Position numbers and translations under genes: made by a program. A stretch of DNA of 64,000 nt from Alloprevotella sp. (GTDB lineage Bacteria > Bacteroidota > Bacteroidia > Bacteroidales > Bacteroidaceae), in assembly GCA_045612125.1 (NCBI GenBank), contig JAZKYK010000001.1, forward strand, positions 60,596 through 124,595. The letters are read 5' to 3'. Position 1 is the stretch's first letter; each line of letters begins with the position of its first letter. The notes below the pieces were generated by a model. The model was not told the origin of the DNA and searched no databases. It was given only the letters and a program-made list of their open reading frames with translations. Shown here piece by piece: positions 12,177 to 21,785 of the stretch.

Positions 12177-12489
12177 GAGTTGAGAGTTTAGAGTTGAGAG
12201 TTTAGAGTTGAGAGTTTAGAGATGAGAGAAGAGGCTTCGCCTCGTTAAGAGGGACCTAAAGGTCCGTTAAGAGGTTAAGAGGAGCCTTTGGCTCGTTAAG
12301 AAGTTGAGAGAGGAGATGTAGGGGCCGATCCCCGTGTCGGCCCGTCGTCAATCAACTCACGAATCGTGCCAAGCCGTGTCGGCCCGTCGTCAATTCACTC
12401 ATGAATCGCGCTAATTTGTGTCGGCCCGTCTCAATCAACGTACTAACGAGGGCTTAGAGTTGAAAGTTGAGAGTTTAGAGTTTAGAGTA
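12177..12489 (+). repeat. Mosaic GTAG-REP/heptamer repeat element, copy 2
   Basis: (AGAGTTK)n, three mini-hairpins each followed by GTTAAG, GTAGGGGCCGATCCCCGTGTCGGCCC at 12318, two internal repeats, heptamer tail. Confidence 0.9.
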
Positions 12490-12626
12490 TATTCCTTGTT
12501 GAATGCTTGAACTTAGAGACTTTAAAGACCCAATCAACTTTTAAAATGCTTGAAATGCTAAGGCGCCTCTCTTCTTTACTCGCACTTTGTGAACCTATTT
12601 ACTTATAAAAAAACACGTTCAAGACC

Positions 12627-13400
12627 ATGTCAATACTTTTCCCTTCGCCTGTCTTCGGACCAATACACAGTCGAAGATTAGGCATCTCCTTAGGTATAAA
12701 CCTGATGCCTGCCGACGGTAAGGTGTGCACGTTTAATTGTATCTATTGTGAGTGTGGCTTGAATGAGCATAACCGCCCACACACCAAGCGACCTACGCGT
12801 GAAGAGGTGCGCTGCGCCCTCGAAGCACAACTGCAAAAGATGACGTCTGAGGGCGAAACGCCCGATGTGCTGACATTCGCAGGTAATGGCGAACCAACGT
12901 CGCACCCTGACTTCGCACTAATTATCGATGATACCATTGCGCTTCGTGATCGTTATTTCCCACAAGCACGCATCAGTGTACTGAGTAATGCCACGTTGCT
13001 GCATAAACCCGAAGTGTTTAACGCTTTGAAGCGCGTGGATAACAACATTCAGAAATTAGATACCGTCAGCGAGGATTACATCAATCTTGTGGATCAACCC
13101 GCAGGCGCATACTGCGTGGAGCAAGTCATCCAGCAACTGTGTGATTTCGATGGTCAAGTCATTGTTCAAACTTTATTTATGAAAGGTGAGTACAATGGTC
13201 GCTCCGTCGATAATCTCGGTGAGGCGTATGTGCAGCCTTGGTTGGAGGCGATTAAGCGCATTAAGCCCAAACAGGTTATGATCTACACCATCGACCGAGC
13301 TACGCCTGTTGATGGCCTGTTGAAAGCGACGCCCGAGGAATTGGATGCTATCGCTGATCGTATCCGAGCATTAGGCATTGCCGCCTCTGCTTCATATTGA
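12627..13400 (+). CDS. Radical SAM protein
   Basis: CTFNCIYC CxxxCxxC motif, FAGNGEPT, GP..SRRLG.SLGINL. Confidence 0.88.
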   Translation: MSILFPSPVFGPIHSRRLGISLGINLMPADGKVCTFNCIYCECGLNEHNRPHTKRPTREEVRCALEAQLQKMTSEGETPDVLTFAGNGEPTSHPDFALIIDDTIALRDRYFPQARISVLSNATLLHKPEVFNALKRVDNNIQKLDTVSEDYINLVDQPAGAYCVEQVIQQLCDFDGQVIVQTLFMKGEYNGRSVDNLGEAYVQPWLEAIKRIKPKQVMIYTIDRATPVDGLLKATPEELDAIADRIRALGIAASASY

Positions 13401-13469
13401 TAAGGTTGCTTCCTGCAAGTTCAATATAGTCTTCGCTAAAGCACACTTCCCTCTAAACCGCATTCATTC

Positions 13470-14771
13470 ATGTTTTTAAAAACCTTAAAACAAACCATAG
13501 AAAAAGAACCGCTTGGAAGGCTTGCCCTCGTGGCACTTTCGGGCGGGGCAGATTCTGTGGCACTACTGCTGGGACTCCATGCCTTGCAGCAAAATATAGA
13601 GGCGGTGCATTGCAATTTCCATTTGCGCGGTGAGGAGTCTGATGCAGACGAGCAGTTTGTTCGGGAGTTGTGCACACGTTTAAATATTTCCCTGCATTGT
13701 GTTGATTTCAACACCGTAGCCTACGCCAAACAGCATAAGATTAGTATTGAAATGGCGGCAAGGGAGTTGCGTTACGCGTTTTTTGAACAACTGAGGCAGA
13801 AGCGCGGTGCTACCGCAATATGCGTGGCACATCATCAGGACGATAATGTCGAAACGATGTTGCTCAACCTCATGCGCGGCAGTGGATTGAAAGGACTTTG
13901 TGGTATGAAGATGCGTCATGGCTATATCCTGCGTCCCTTGCTCAATCAGCCCCAGCGTGCATTGTTGCAATATCTGGAAGCCCAAGATCAACCTTATCGG
14001 GTGGATTCCACCAATGCCGACACCAAATACCGAAGAAATAAGGTGCGCCATGAACTCCTGCCTTTGTTGCGTGCGTTTAACCCCAAAATCAATGAAACGT
14101 TAGCGCAAACCATGGTGCAGCTCACCGAAGCACAATCGCGCTTGGATGAACGGATGACGGAGGTGCCGCGCAATGCCTTGTCGTTCCATCAATTGAAAAC
14201 GTCTGTTTCGCCCATTTCTGATGTGTATGATTTTTTATTGCCCTATGGCTTTACGCCAGCATTGTGCCGACAAATAGCCATGCAAAGGGAATGGCGCACA
14301 GGGGCGATGTATGAGAGTGAGGCTTATCTTTGTGTGTGTCATGATCATGAACTTGTTGTGGCGCCTCGCCCCGTGACAGTTGAGGCTTGTGCACTTGATT
14401 GTCATCAGCCTGTGCATGACCTTCCGAACCACATGCGTCTTCATTGCAAGGTGCTTCAGCGCGATGAAATTCATGATTTGCGTAGCGCTAAAAATTGCGT
14501 GTTGATGGATGCCTCAAGTGTCGTGCCGCCATTGTATGTGCGTTCAGTTCAGAATGCTGATCGCTTCACCCCCCTGGGTATGCGGGGCTCGCAATTGGTG
14601 TCGGACTATATGACGAATAAAAAACGTAACCGCATTGAGAAATTAGCGGCAGTCGCACTTTTTGACCAAAAAGGAATGGTTTGGTTAATAAATGAACGTA
14701 TGGATCATCGTGTGCGTGTGACGCCAACGACAAACACATTAATCCAAATAACCTGCGAGGAATTGAAGTAA
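13470..14771 (+). CDS. tilS: tRNA(Ile)-lysidine synthetase
   Basis: ALSGGADS PP-loop, AARELRY, AHHQDD..ET, RN..RH, C-terminal DRF.P.G. Confidence 0.93.
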   Translation: MFLKTLKQTIEKEPLGRLALVALSGGADSVALLLGLHALQQNIEAVHCNFHLRGEESDADEQFVRELCTRLNISLHCVDFNTVAYAKQHKISIEMAARELRYAFFEQLRQKRGATAICVAHHQDDNVETMLLNLMRGSGLKGLCGMKMRHGYILRPLLNQPQRALLQYLEAQDQPYRVDSTNADTKYRRNKVRHELLPLLRAFNPKINETLAQTMVQLTEAQSRLDERMTEVPRNALSFHQLKTSVSPISDVYDFLLPYGFTPALCRQIAMQREWRTGAMYESEAYLCVCHDHELVVAPRPVTVEACALDCHQPVHDLPNHMRLHCKVLQRDEIHDLRSAKNCVLMDASSVVPPLYVRSVQNADRFTPLGMRGSQLVSDYMTNKKRNRIEKLAAVALFDQKGMVWLINERMDHRVRVTPTTNTLIQITCEELK

Positions 14772-14868
14772 AACATCAATCCTGCGATATCACCATTCTA
14801 AATTAGTGACGTAAAAAAGAATAATCGGCTTCACTTAAACAGAAGCAATTTATTGTTAATACTTCGTC

Positions 14869-14915
14869 AAAGCGGCACAAACTTCTAAATATTTAGAGCT
14901 TGTGCCGCTTTTTTG
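14869..14915 (+). terminator. Intrinsic terminator after tilS
   Basis: AAAGCGGCACAA...TTGTGCCGCTTT followed by a T-run. Confidence 0.75.
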
Positions 14916-15091
14916 TGTTTTTTATTTTGCCACTCCAAATAAAATAACTTCATTTGCGCTTTAAATAGTGGGGCGTGGCCCCCAATAAATAATTAATAAT
15001 TAGTGTGTAGGTCTGCTCACTGTAGTAGATTCTTAGTTCCGAGTCACGTCTTGTGGCTCTTAATCTCTTGTTTAAACCCATATTTAAAATT

Positions 15092-16876
15092 ATGGAAGAA
15101 ATTTTGAATCCTGAAGTACAGGAAGCTGTTGTAGCAGCAGTTGAGGCTCCCGTAGCCGAAGAAAAAGTAGAAAAGAAAGTCCCCGCAACAAAGGCAGATG
15201 TTATTGCTCGCTTGAAGGAAATTGCAGTTGATGCCAGCAATGCTGAACGTTCTGAGATTGATTTGTTGAAGCAAATCTATTACAAGATTCACAATGCCGA
15301 AGCAGCAGCAGCTCGCGATGAGTATATTAAGAACGGTGGACTCCCCGAAGATTATATGCCTGCGCCCGATCATTCGGAAGCTGAATTGAAGGTGCAACTC
15401 AATATTATTAAGGAAGTGCGTCAACGTGCTGCCGAAGCACTTGAAGCTGAAAAGCAAAAGAATCTTGATAAGAAATTAGATATTATCGATCGCATCAAGA
15501 ATATGGTTGCTTCGCCCGAAGATGTTGATAAGCACTACGAAGAATTTAAGAATCTTCAAGCAGAGTGGAAGGATATCCGCCTTGTTCCAGCAGAACGTGC
15601 TACAGAACTTTGGAAGAACTACCAACTCTATGTTGAGCAGTATTATGATTTGCTTCGCTTGAACCACGAAATGCGTGCCTACGATTTCAAGAAGAATTTT
15701 GAAATTAAAACGCAAATTTGCGAAGCTGCTGAGAAACTTGCTGAACTCGATGATGTGGTGAGCGCATTCCATCAACTTCAAAAGTTGCATCAGGATTTCC
15801 GCGAAGTGGGTCCTGTAGAACGCGACTTGCGCGAACAAATCTGGAACCGTTTCAAGGAAGCATCTACACTCATCAATAAGCGCCATCAAAACCATTTTGA
15901 AGAGTTGAAGGCAAAGGAAGAAGAAAACCTCGCACTCAAAACAGAACTTTGCGAAAAGGTTGAAAATATCGACTTCAGCGCCCTCACTTCAATGGCAGAA
16001 TGGGACGAAATGACCAAGCAGGTGATTGCTTACCAAAATGAATGGAAAACCATCGGTTTCACACCTAAGAAGTTGAACGCCGTTATCTTTGAACGATTCC
16101 GCACTGCTTGTGATAAGTTCTTCCAAACAAAGACTGAACACTTCAAGGGCGTACGCGATTCTTATGCCGCTAACCTTGCTGCGAAAACTGAACTTTGTAA
16201 CAAAGCTGAGGCATTGAAGGACAATACCGATTGGGCACACACTACGAATGTGTTTGTGGAACTCCAAAAGGAATGGAAAACGATTGGTCCAGCGCCACAT
16301 AAGGCTTCTGAAGCAATTTGGAAGCGTTTCAACGATGCTTGCAACTACTACTTTGAACAAAAGAGTAAGGCAAACGTTGATGTGCGCCAGGTAGAAGCTG
16401 AAAACCTTGAAAAGAAAAACGAAATCATTGCGAAGCTTGAAGCCTTACTCGCTGCAGGCACCGCTGATGTTCAGGCCGTAAAGGATTTGCAGGCTGAATG
16501 GAATGCCGTAGGCCATGTGCCTTTCCGCAAGAAGGATAAGGTGTTTAAGCACTATCGTGAAGTGTGCGATAAACTCTATGATGGCTTCCACGCTACAGCA
16601 GGACAACGCCATCTTGAAAACTTCAAGAAGAACGTTGCAGAAAAGGGTGTGAACGACCTCGTTCGCGAACGCCAACGCTTGCAACGCGATATTGAAACAA
16701 AGAAGAGCGAAATCCAAAACTACGAAACAAACTTAACCTTCTTTACTTCAAAGTCAAAGTCTGGCAACTCATTGGTTGAAGATATCTTGAAGAAGATTGA
16801 ACGCTTGAAGGAAGATTTGACCTTGCTCGCTGATAAGCTCGCTACGGTCAACGAAAGAATCAAGGCTGAAAAATAA
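15092..16876 (+). CDS. DUF349 repeat protein
   Basis: Repeated LQ.EWK.IG.VP....W.RF..AC..FF helical units. Confidence 0.88.
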   Translation: MEEILNPEVQEAVVAAVEAPVAEEKVEKKVPATKADVIARLKEIAVDASNAERSEIDLLKQIYYKIHNAEAAAARDEYIKNGGLPEDYMPAPDHSEAELKVQLNIIKEVRQRAAEALEAEKQKNLDKKLDIIDRIKNMVASPEDVDKHYEEFKNLQAEWKDIRLVPAERATELWKNYQLYVEQYYDLLRLNHEMRAYDFKKNFEIKTQICEAAEKLAELDDVVSAFHQLQKLHQDFREVGPVERDLREQIWNRFKEASTLINKRHQNHFEELKAKEEENLALKTELCEKVENIDFSALTSMAEWDEMTKQVIAYQNEWKTIGFTPKKLNAVIFERFRTACDKFFQTKTEHFKGVRDSYAANLAAKTELCNKAEALKDNTDWAHTTNVFVELQKEWKTIGPAPHKASEAIWKRFNDACNYYFEQKSKANVDVRQVEAENLEKKNEIIAKLEALLAAGTADVQAVKDLQAEWNAVGHVPFRKKDKVFKHYREVCDKLYDGFHATAGQRHLENFKKNVAEKGVNDLVRERQRLQRDIETKKSEIQNYETNLTFFTSKSKSGNSLVEDILKKIERLKEDLTLLADKLATVNERIKAEK

Positions 16877-16890
16877 TAACGTGTTATAAA

Positions 16891-16946
16891 ACAAAACCAC
16901 TGTTATGGGTTCTGCGGAGTCCTAACAGTGGTTTTGTGTTTTTTTA
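16891..16946 (+). terminator. Intrinsic terminator
   Basis: ACAAAACCACTGTTA...TAACAGTGGTTTTGT followed by a T-run. Confidence 0.75.
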
Positions 16947-17073
16947 GGTTTTTTATCCTTAGGGGTTTCAAAAAAAAATGTACTTTTGTGGTGTTATAAG
17001 ACGTGGGAAGGCAGCATGCGACGTACCCCAGTGTTGCACGACACGATATAAGTCCTAATAATAACCTTGAACT

Positions 17074-17901
17074 ATGCAAAAGTTTGCCAACTATATCAAA
17101 CGTATAGAAATTAAAAGCTTATGGAGCGGTCATAAGCATATTGTTTGGGAATTGAAACCAGGTGTTAATGTGCTGAGTGGGGGCAATGGTGCAGGGAAGA
17201 GTACCATCCTGAACCGCATGGTGCAGCATTTGCGTTCGGTGCCATCATCGGGCGAAATTATGGGCGGTTCCCACCTCGGTGTTAGTGTGGATTTCGAACC
17301 CTTGGACGCTACGGGTATCCGTTACGATATCATCAGGAGTTTTGACCGACAATTGATTCAGGGCGACCGCTTGCGCACATTGACAGACGACATGGTTCTA
17401 ACTGAGTTGGACTGGCAACTGTATCAATTACAACGTCGTTATTTGGATTATCAGGTGAATATAGGCAATCGGATGATCAGTCTCTTGACGGCCGACTCGC
17501 CCGATGCGAAGGAAAGTGCCACTTTAGCTGCCGCTCAAAAGACGAAGTTCCTGGATCTTGTGGATGAACTTTTTGCAGAAACGGGCAAGACCATCGATCG
17601 CCAAAGCAATGAACTGCGTTTCATGCAATACGATGAGTTGCTTTCGCCTTATAAACTATCGAGTGGCGAAAAGCAAATTCTGGTTATTTTGCTCACCGTG
17701 CTGACGCAAGACCTTCAACCCTACGTTCTGTTTATGGATGAACCTGAGGCGAGCTTACATTTTGAATGGCAAAAACGCCTTATCGATATGATTGTGGAGT
17801 TGAATCCACATGTGCAAATTATTCTCACAACCCATTCGCCAGCTGTGGTTATGAATGGATGGGAAGACCGTGTGACAGAAGTGAGCGAAATTACGCAATA
17901 A
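17074..17901 (+). CDS. ABC-type (AAA_21-like) ATPase
   Basis: Walker A GGNGAGKST, signature LSSGEKQ, Walker B LFMDEPE, H-loop TTHSP; no TM segments. Confidence 0.88.
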   Translation: MQKFANYIKRIEIKSLWSGHKHIVWELKPGVNVLSGGNGAGKSTILNRMVQHLRSVPSSGEIMGGSHLGVSVDFEPLDATGIRYDIIRSFDRQLIQGDRLRTLTDDMVLTELDWQLYQLQRRYLDYQVNIGNRMISLLTADSPDAKESATLAAAQKTKFLDLVDELFAETGKTIDRQSNELRFMQYDELLSPYKLSSGEKQILVILLTVLTQDLQPYVLFMDEPEASLHFEWQKRLIDMIVELNPHVQIILTTHSPAVVMNGWEDRVTEVSEITQ

Positions 17902-17950
17902 GATCCTCTTTTTGTACCTTACAATCATCTAAATCTTATTCCCTATCACA

Positions 17951-19036
17951 ATGCTTTCAAACTACATTAATTCTGCATATATCCAGGCAGCAAATCGCTT
18001 GGCGGGGAAGCATGCACGACAAAAAATTGTGGTGTATGTTGAAAGTTTTGATGATGTGTTCTTCTGGAGTAACCTCTTGCGCGACGTTGAAACCGACCGG
18101 GTTTATTTTGAAGTGATGCTCCCTTCAAAAACATCGTTGTGTAAAGGTAAGAAAATTGCGTTGGCTAATCGCTTAGGGCCTAATATGATTGCGTGTGTCG
18201 ATGCCGATTACGATTACTTGATGCAAGGCGCAACAGGCACATCGAAGGAGGTGTGTTTCAATCCTTATGTGTTTCACACCATTGTTTATGCCATAGAGAA
18301 TTTCTTTTGCTATTCAAGTGCCATCCACAACGCCTGTGTCATGGCTACCCTCAACGACAGACGGGCCTTTGATTTTGAAGCCTTCGTACATCAATTCTCT
18401 GAAACCATCTGGCCCTTGTTCGTGTGGAACGTTTGGGCATATCGTTACGGGCAATTCAAGTATTTCTCCATGCTCGATTTTTACCATATCGTACGCCTGA
18501 GAAACATTAATCTCTATCATCCCGAAAACGAGCTTGCCGCCATTAAGAAACGCGTCAATACCAAGATCAGTAAATTGCAACGACAATTTCCACAAGCCAA
18601 AAAAACATATAAACCTCTGAAGGAATCCCTGATAGAGTTGGGGGTTACGCCCGAAACAACTTATCTTTTTATGCGGGGGCACGACCTCTACGATGGGGTC
18701 ATCGTGCCTGTGGCTGAGAAGGTGTGTGAACTTCTTAGAAAAGAACGTGAGCGCGAAATTCGGAATTTGGCAGAACACGACACGCAATTGCAGAACGAAC
18801 TCTCGTCCTACCAACACTCGATTGACGATGTGTCGAAAACCTTACGGAAAAACTTTGGATACAAGGACTCGCCACACTATAAAATGGTAGTGGCTAAACT
18901 CAAAAGATTTATAGAACAACCCCTTGATTATGAACAAAAAAATAATAAAGATTATGAAACGACTGGGGCTCCTGATGCTCCTAATGCTGACGGTGCACTC
19001 GGGAATCCAAGCCCAGCAGAGGGAGGAGGTGCGTAG
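17951..19036 (+). CDS. DUF4435 / TOPRIM-like putative nuclease
   Basis: VYVES.DD..FW, CVDADYD (DxD), YAIEN and RGHDL motifs; directly follows the ATPase. Confidence 0.8.
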   Translation: MLSNYINSAYIQAANRLAGKHARQKIVVYVESFDDVFFWSNLLRDVETDRVYFEVMLPSKTSLCKGKKIALANRLGPNMIACVDADYDYLMQGATGTSKEVCFNPYVFHTIVYAIENFFCYSSAIHNACVMATLNDRRAFDFEAFVHQFSETIWPLFVWNVWAYRYGQFKYFSMLDFYHIVRLRNINLYHPENELAAIKKRVNTKISKLQRQFPQAKKTYKPLKESLIELGVTPETTYLFMRGHDLYDGVIVPVAEKVCELLRKEREREIRNLAEHDTQLQNELSSYQHSIDDVSKTLRKNFGYKDSPHYKMVVAKLKRFIEQPLDYEQKNNKDYETTGAPDAPNADGALGNPSPAEGGGA

Positions 19037-19610
19037 CGCCACGCCATTCGTGCATGCTGAGTTTAAAAAGGCAAAGGTCGTACAACCCTTTGGCAGATTT
19101 ATTGAAGCCCAAGCCAATATCTTCTTGAAAGACGCTTCTTTGTGTTATTTGGATAACGACACCATAAAAAAGGCGTATCTCGACAAAATTATTGCCGTGC
19201 ATTTCGACTCCGTGGTGTATTGGAAAGTAGATGACCGCTATATGGGCGAAGTTATCGCACAGAAGAACTATAATTATTTGGTGCGTGTGCGTACGATTGA
19301 TATGGAGCAATATACCAAAGAAACCGATGGCGTTGAAAACAGCGCTTTCTTTGAGTTTGATGGCATCGGTCGCATGCAAAACAGTTTTATCGATATGTTT
19401 GGCGATTTCCACGCCAAATCTGGTTTCCCACTCAAAGAAAAGTTTTATTTCATCGTGAAAGGACGCTCTGTGGTGGCCAATGAATCGCACATCAGAAAAG
19501 AGATAAGTGCCCAAAGCATGGATAAGTTTAAGGAACTCATGAAGGATCGCTGGTGGAGCTGGCGCGATGAAGAATCTTTGATCATCCTCCTCGACTTGTT
19601 GCCAAAATAG
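18954..19610 (+). CDS. Hypothetical exported protein
   Basis: MKRLGLLMLLMLTVHSGIQA signal peptide; overlaps the 3' end of the DUF4435 gene. Confidence 0.7.
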   Translation: MKRLGLLMLLMLTVHSGIQAQQREEVRSATPFVHAEFKKAKVVQPFGRFIEAQANIFLKDASLCYLDNDTIKKAYLDKIIAVHFDSVVYWKVDDRYMGEVIAQKNYNYLVRVRTIDMEQYTKETDGVENSAFFEFDGIGRMQNSFIDMFGDFHAKSGFPLKEKFYFIVKGRSVVANESHIRKEISAQSMDKFKELMKDRWWSWRDEESLIILLDLLPK

Positions 19611-19616
19611 TTAAGG

Positions 19617-19870
<254 letters not shown>

Positions 19871-20254
19871 CGCTCAGCAAGCTCCGCTCTATCTATAATC
19901 TATAGTGCCTATAGATTCTATAGCATCTATAGCCTATAGATTATCTGGATCATTTCATAAAAAAATAAGGATTTAAAAGTGAAGCAGATTATTTTTTTAT
20001 GGCATGCAATTGCAAAGACAAAACAGCATTTATTTATAGGTTTGGGTTCAGTGGACCCAACAAAAATAAAAGAAACCGACAATGTGTTGCAAAATAACTG
20101 TTATTCTGTCTTTTTTTTGTAATTTTGCGAAGAGTCAAAACTCGATTTAAAAATTAGTGGGACGTGTAGAGGAGCGTTCAAGCTTGGATTCAATCCCCAA
20201 ACAACTAATTTTCAGAACCTACCTAAAGATTATTCATAATTCAAACATAGACTA

Positions 20255-21436
20255 ATGAAAGAATTAGCATTAAAGTATGGTTGTAACCCCAACCAGAAAC
20301 CCTCACGCATTTACATCAATGAGGGTGAGCTCCCTATTGAAGTTCTCAGCGGTCGTCCTGGTTACATCAATTTCCTTGATGCGCTCAATGGCTGGCAACT
20401 CGTTAAGGAACTCAAGGCAGCAACTGGACTTCCAGCTGCAACAAGTTTTAAGCACGTGAGTCCTGCTGGCGCAGCCGTAGGCGAACCCATGAGCGAAACC
20501 TTGAAGAAGATTTACTTCGTAGATGATATTAAGGAGCCGCTTACACCCATCGCGACGGCTTATGCTCGTGCACGTGGTGCTGACCGTATGTCAAGCTATG
20601 GTGATTTTATCGCACTCTCTGATACTTGCGACAAAGCAACGGCACTTCTTATCAAGCGTGAAGTTTCTGATGGTGTTATTGCGCCCGACTTTACCGAAGA
20701 AGCACTCCAGATTCTTCGTGAAAAGCGTAATGGTACATACAATGTCATCAAGATCGACCCCAATTACGTACCTGCGCCCATTGAAAGCAAGCAAGTATTT
20801 GGCGTGACATTCGAACAAGGTCGCAATGAGATTGACCTCACTTCTGATGCGCTTTTTGAAAATATCCCTACAGTAGCGAAGGACTTCCCCGCTGCAGCAA
20901 AGCGCGACTTGATGATTGCTTTGATTACCTTGAAGTACACCCAATCAAATTCAGTGTGCTACGTGAAGGACGGACAAGCTATTGGTATCGGTGCTGGTCA
21001 ACAAAGCCGTATCCACTGTACACGCCTCGCAGGTAATAAGGCAGACATTTGGTGGTTGCGCCAACATCCAAAGGTAATGAACTTGCCTTGGGTTGAAAAG
21101 ATTCGCCGTGCCGATCGCGATAACACAATCGATATTTACATCTCTGAAGATTATGAAGATGTACTTGCTGAAGGCACATGGCAACAATTCTTTACAGAAA
21201 AGCCTGAACCCCTGACGCTTGAAGAAAAGAAAGCGTGGATTGCTCAAAACACAGACGTAGCACTTGGTTCTGATGCGTTCTTCCCCTTCGGCGATAATAT
21301 CGAACGCGCCCATAAGAGTGGTGTGCGTTACGTTGCTCAAGCAGGAGGCTCGGTTCGCGACGACCATGTTATCAGCACATGCGATAAGTATGGCATTGCT
21401 ATGGCCTTCACTGGCATTCGCTTGTTCCACCATTAA
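20255..21436 (+). CDS. purH: AICAR transformylase (PurH C-terminal domain only)
   Basis: LKYGCNPNQ, SFKHVSPAGAA, QSNSV, IGAGQQSRIHC, SDAFFPF, FTGIRLFHH; lacks the N-terminal IMP cyclohydrolase domain. Confidence 0.92.
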   Translation: MKELALKYGCNPNQKPSRIYINEGELPIEVLSGRPGYINFLDALNGWQLVKELKAATGLPAATSFKHVSPAGAAVGEPMSETLKKIYFVDDIKEPLTPIATAYARARGADRMSSYGDFIALSDTCDKATALLIKREVSDGVIAPDFTEEALQILREKRNGTYNVIKIDPNYVPAPIESKQVFGVTFEQGRNEIDLTSDALFENIPTVAKDFPAAAKRDLMIALITLKYTQSNSVCYVKDGQAIGIGAGQQSRIHCTRLAGNKADIWWLRQHPKVMNLPWVEKIRRADRDNTIDIYISEDYEDVLAEGTWQQFFTEKPEPLTLEEKKAWIAQNTDVALGSDAFFPFGDNIERAHKSGVRYVAQAGGSVRDDHVISTCDKYGIAMAFTGIRLFHH

Positions 21437-21448
21437 TTGACCGTGAAC

Positions 21449-21652
21449 ATGCGTAAGGCTGGCGATGAAGAAATCACACAAGCCATGACCGTGGGTATCA
21501 CTTTCAAAGGTGCGAAGTTAAGAAAACCCGTTGAAGAGAAAGTGAAGACTAAAGCCAAGAAAAAAACCTACATCACAGGCTTGCATGGCTCTGGAGCAGC
21601 CAAGAAAAAGGCTGACATCAGACGCAGAAGAGCAAATAGACATAAACACTAA
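21449..21652 (+). CDS. Small Lys/Arg-rich hypothetical protein (67 aa)
   Basis: ATG 13 nt after purH stop; MRKAGDEEI...GLHGSGAAKKKA..RRRRANRH. Confidence 0.7.
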   Translation: MRKAGDEEITQAMTVGITFKGAKLRKPVEEKVKTKAKKKTYITGLHGSGAAKKKADIRRRRANRHKH

Positions 21653-21785
21653 GCGACGTGAAAAGAATAAGATGTTTTGTGAATCAATGAATTCTTGTTT
21701 GAAACAAATATGTATTCAAGGTAGAAATCGTGAATCACAAAGCATCTTTTTTTTGTATATATACTACCAGACATAGATATAAACA

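Noticed and set aside
12177..12489. Possible CRISPR array (GTGTCGGCCCGTC repeated at ~45-bp spacing)
   Set aside because: The intervening sequences are themselves conserved between dispersed copies, there are at most three units, and no cas genes are present; this is a REP-type element
20128..20254. ZMP/ZTP riboswitch expected upstream of purH
   Set aside because: No GACTGRCG.../CGYCTGGGC pseudoknot motifs found; the region instead holds a partial MITE-like repeat
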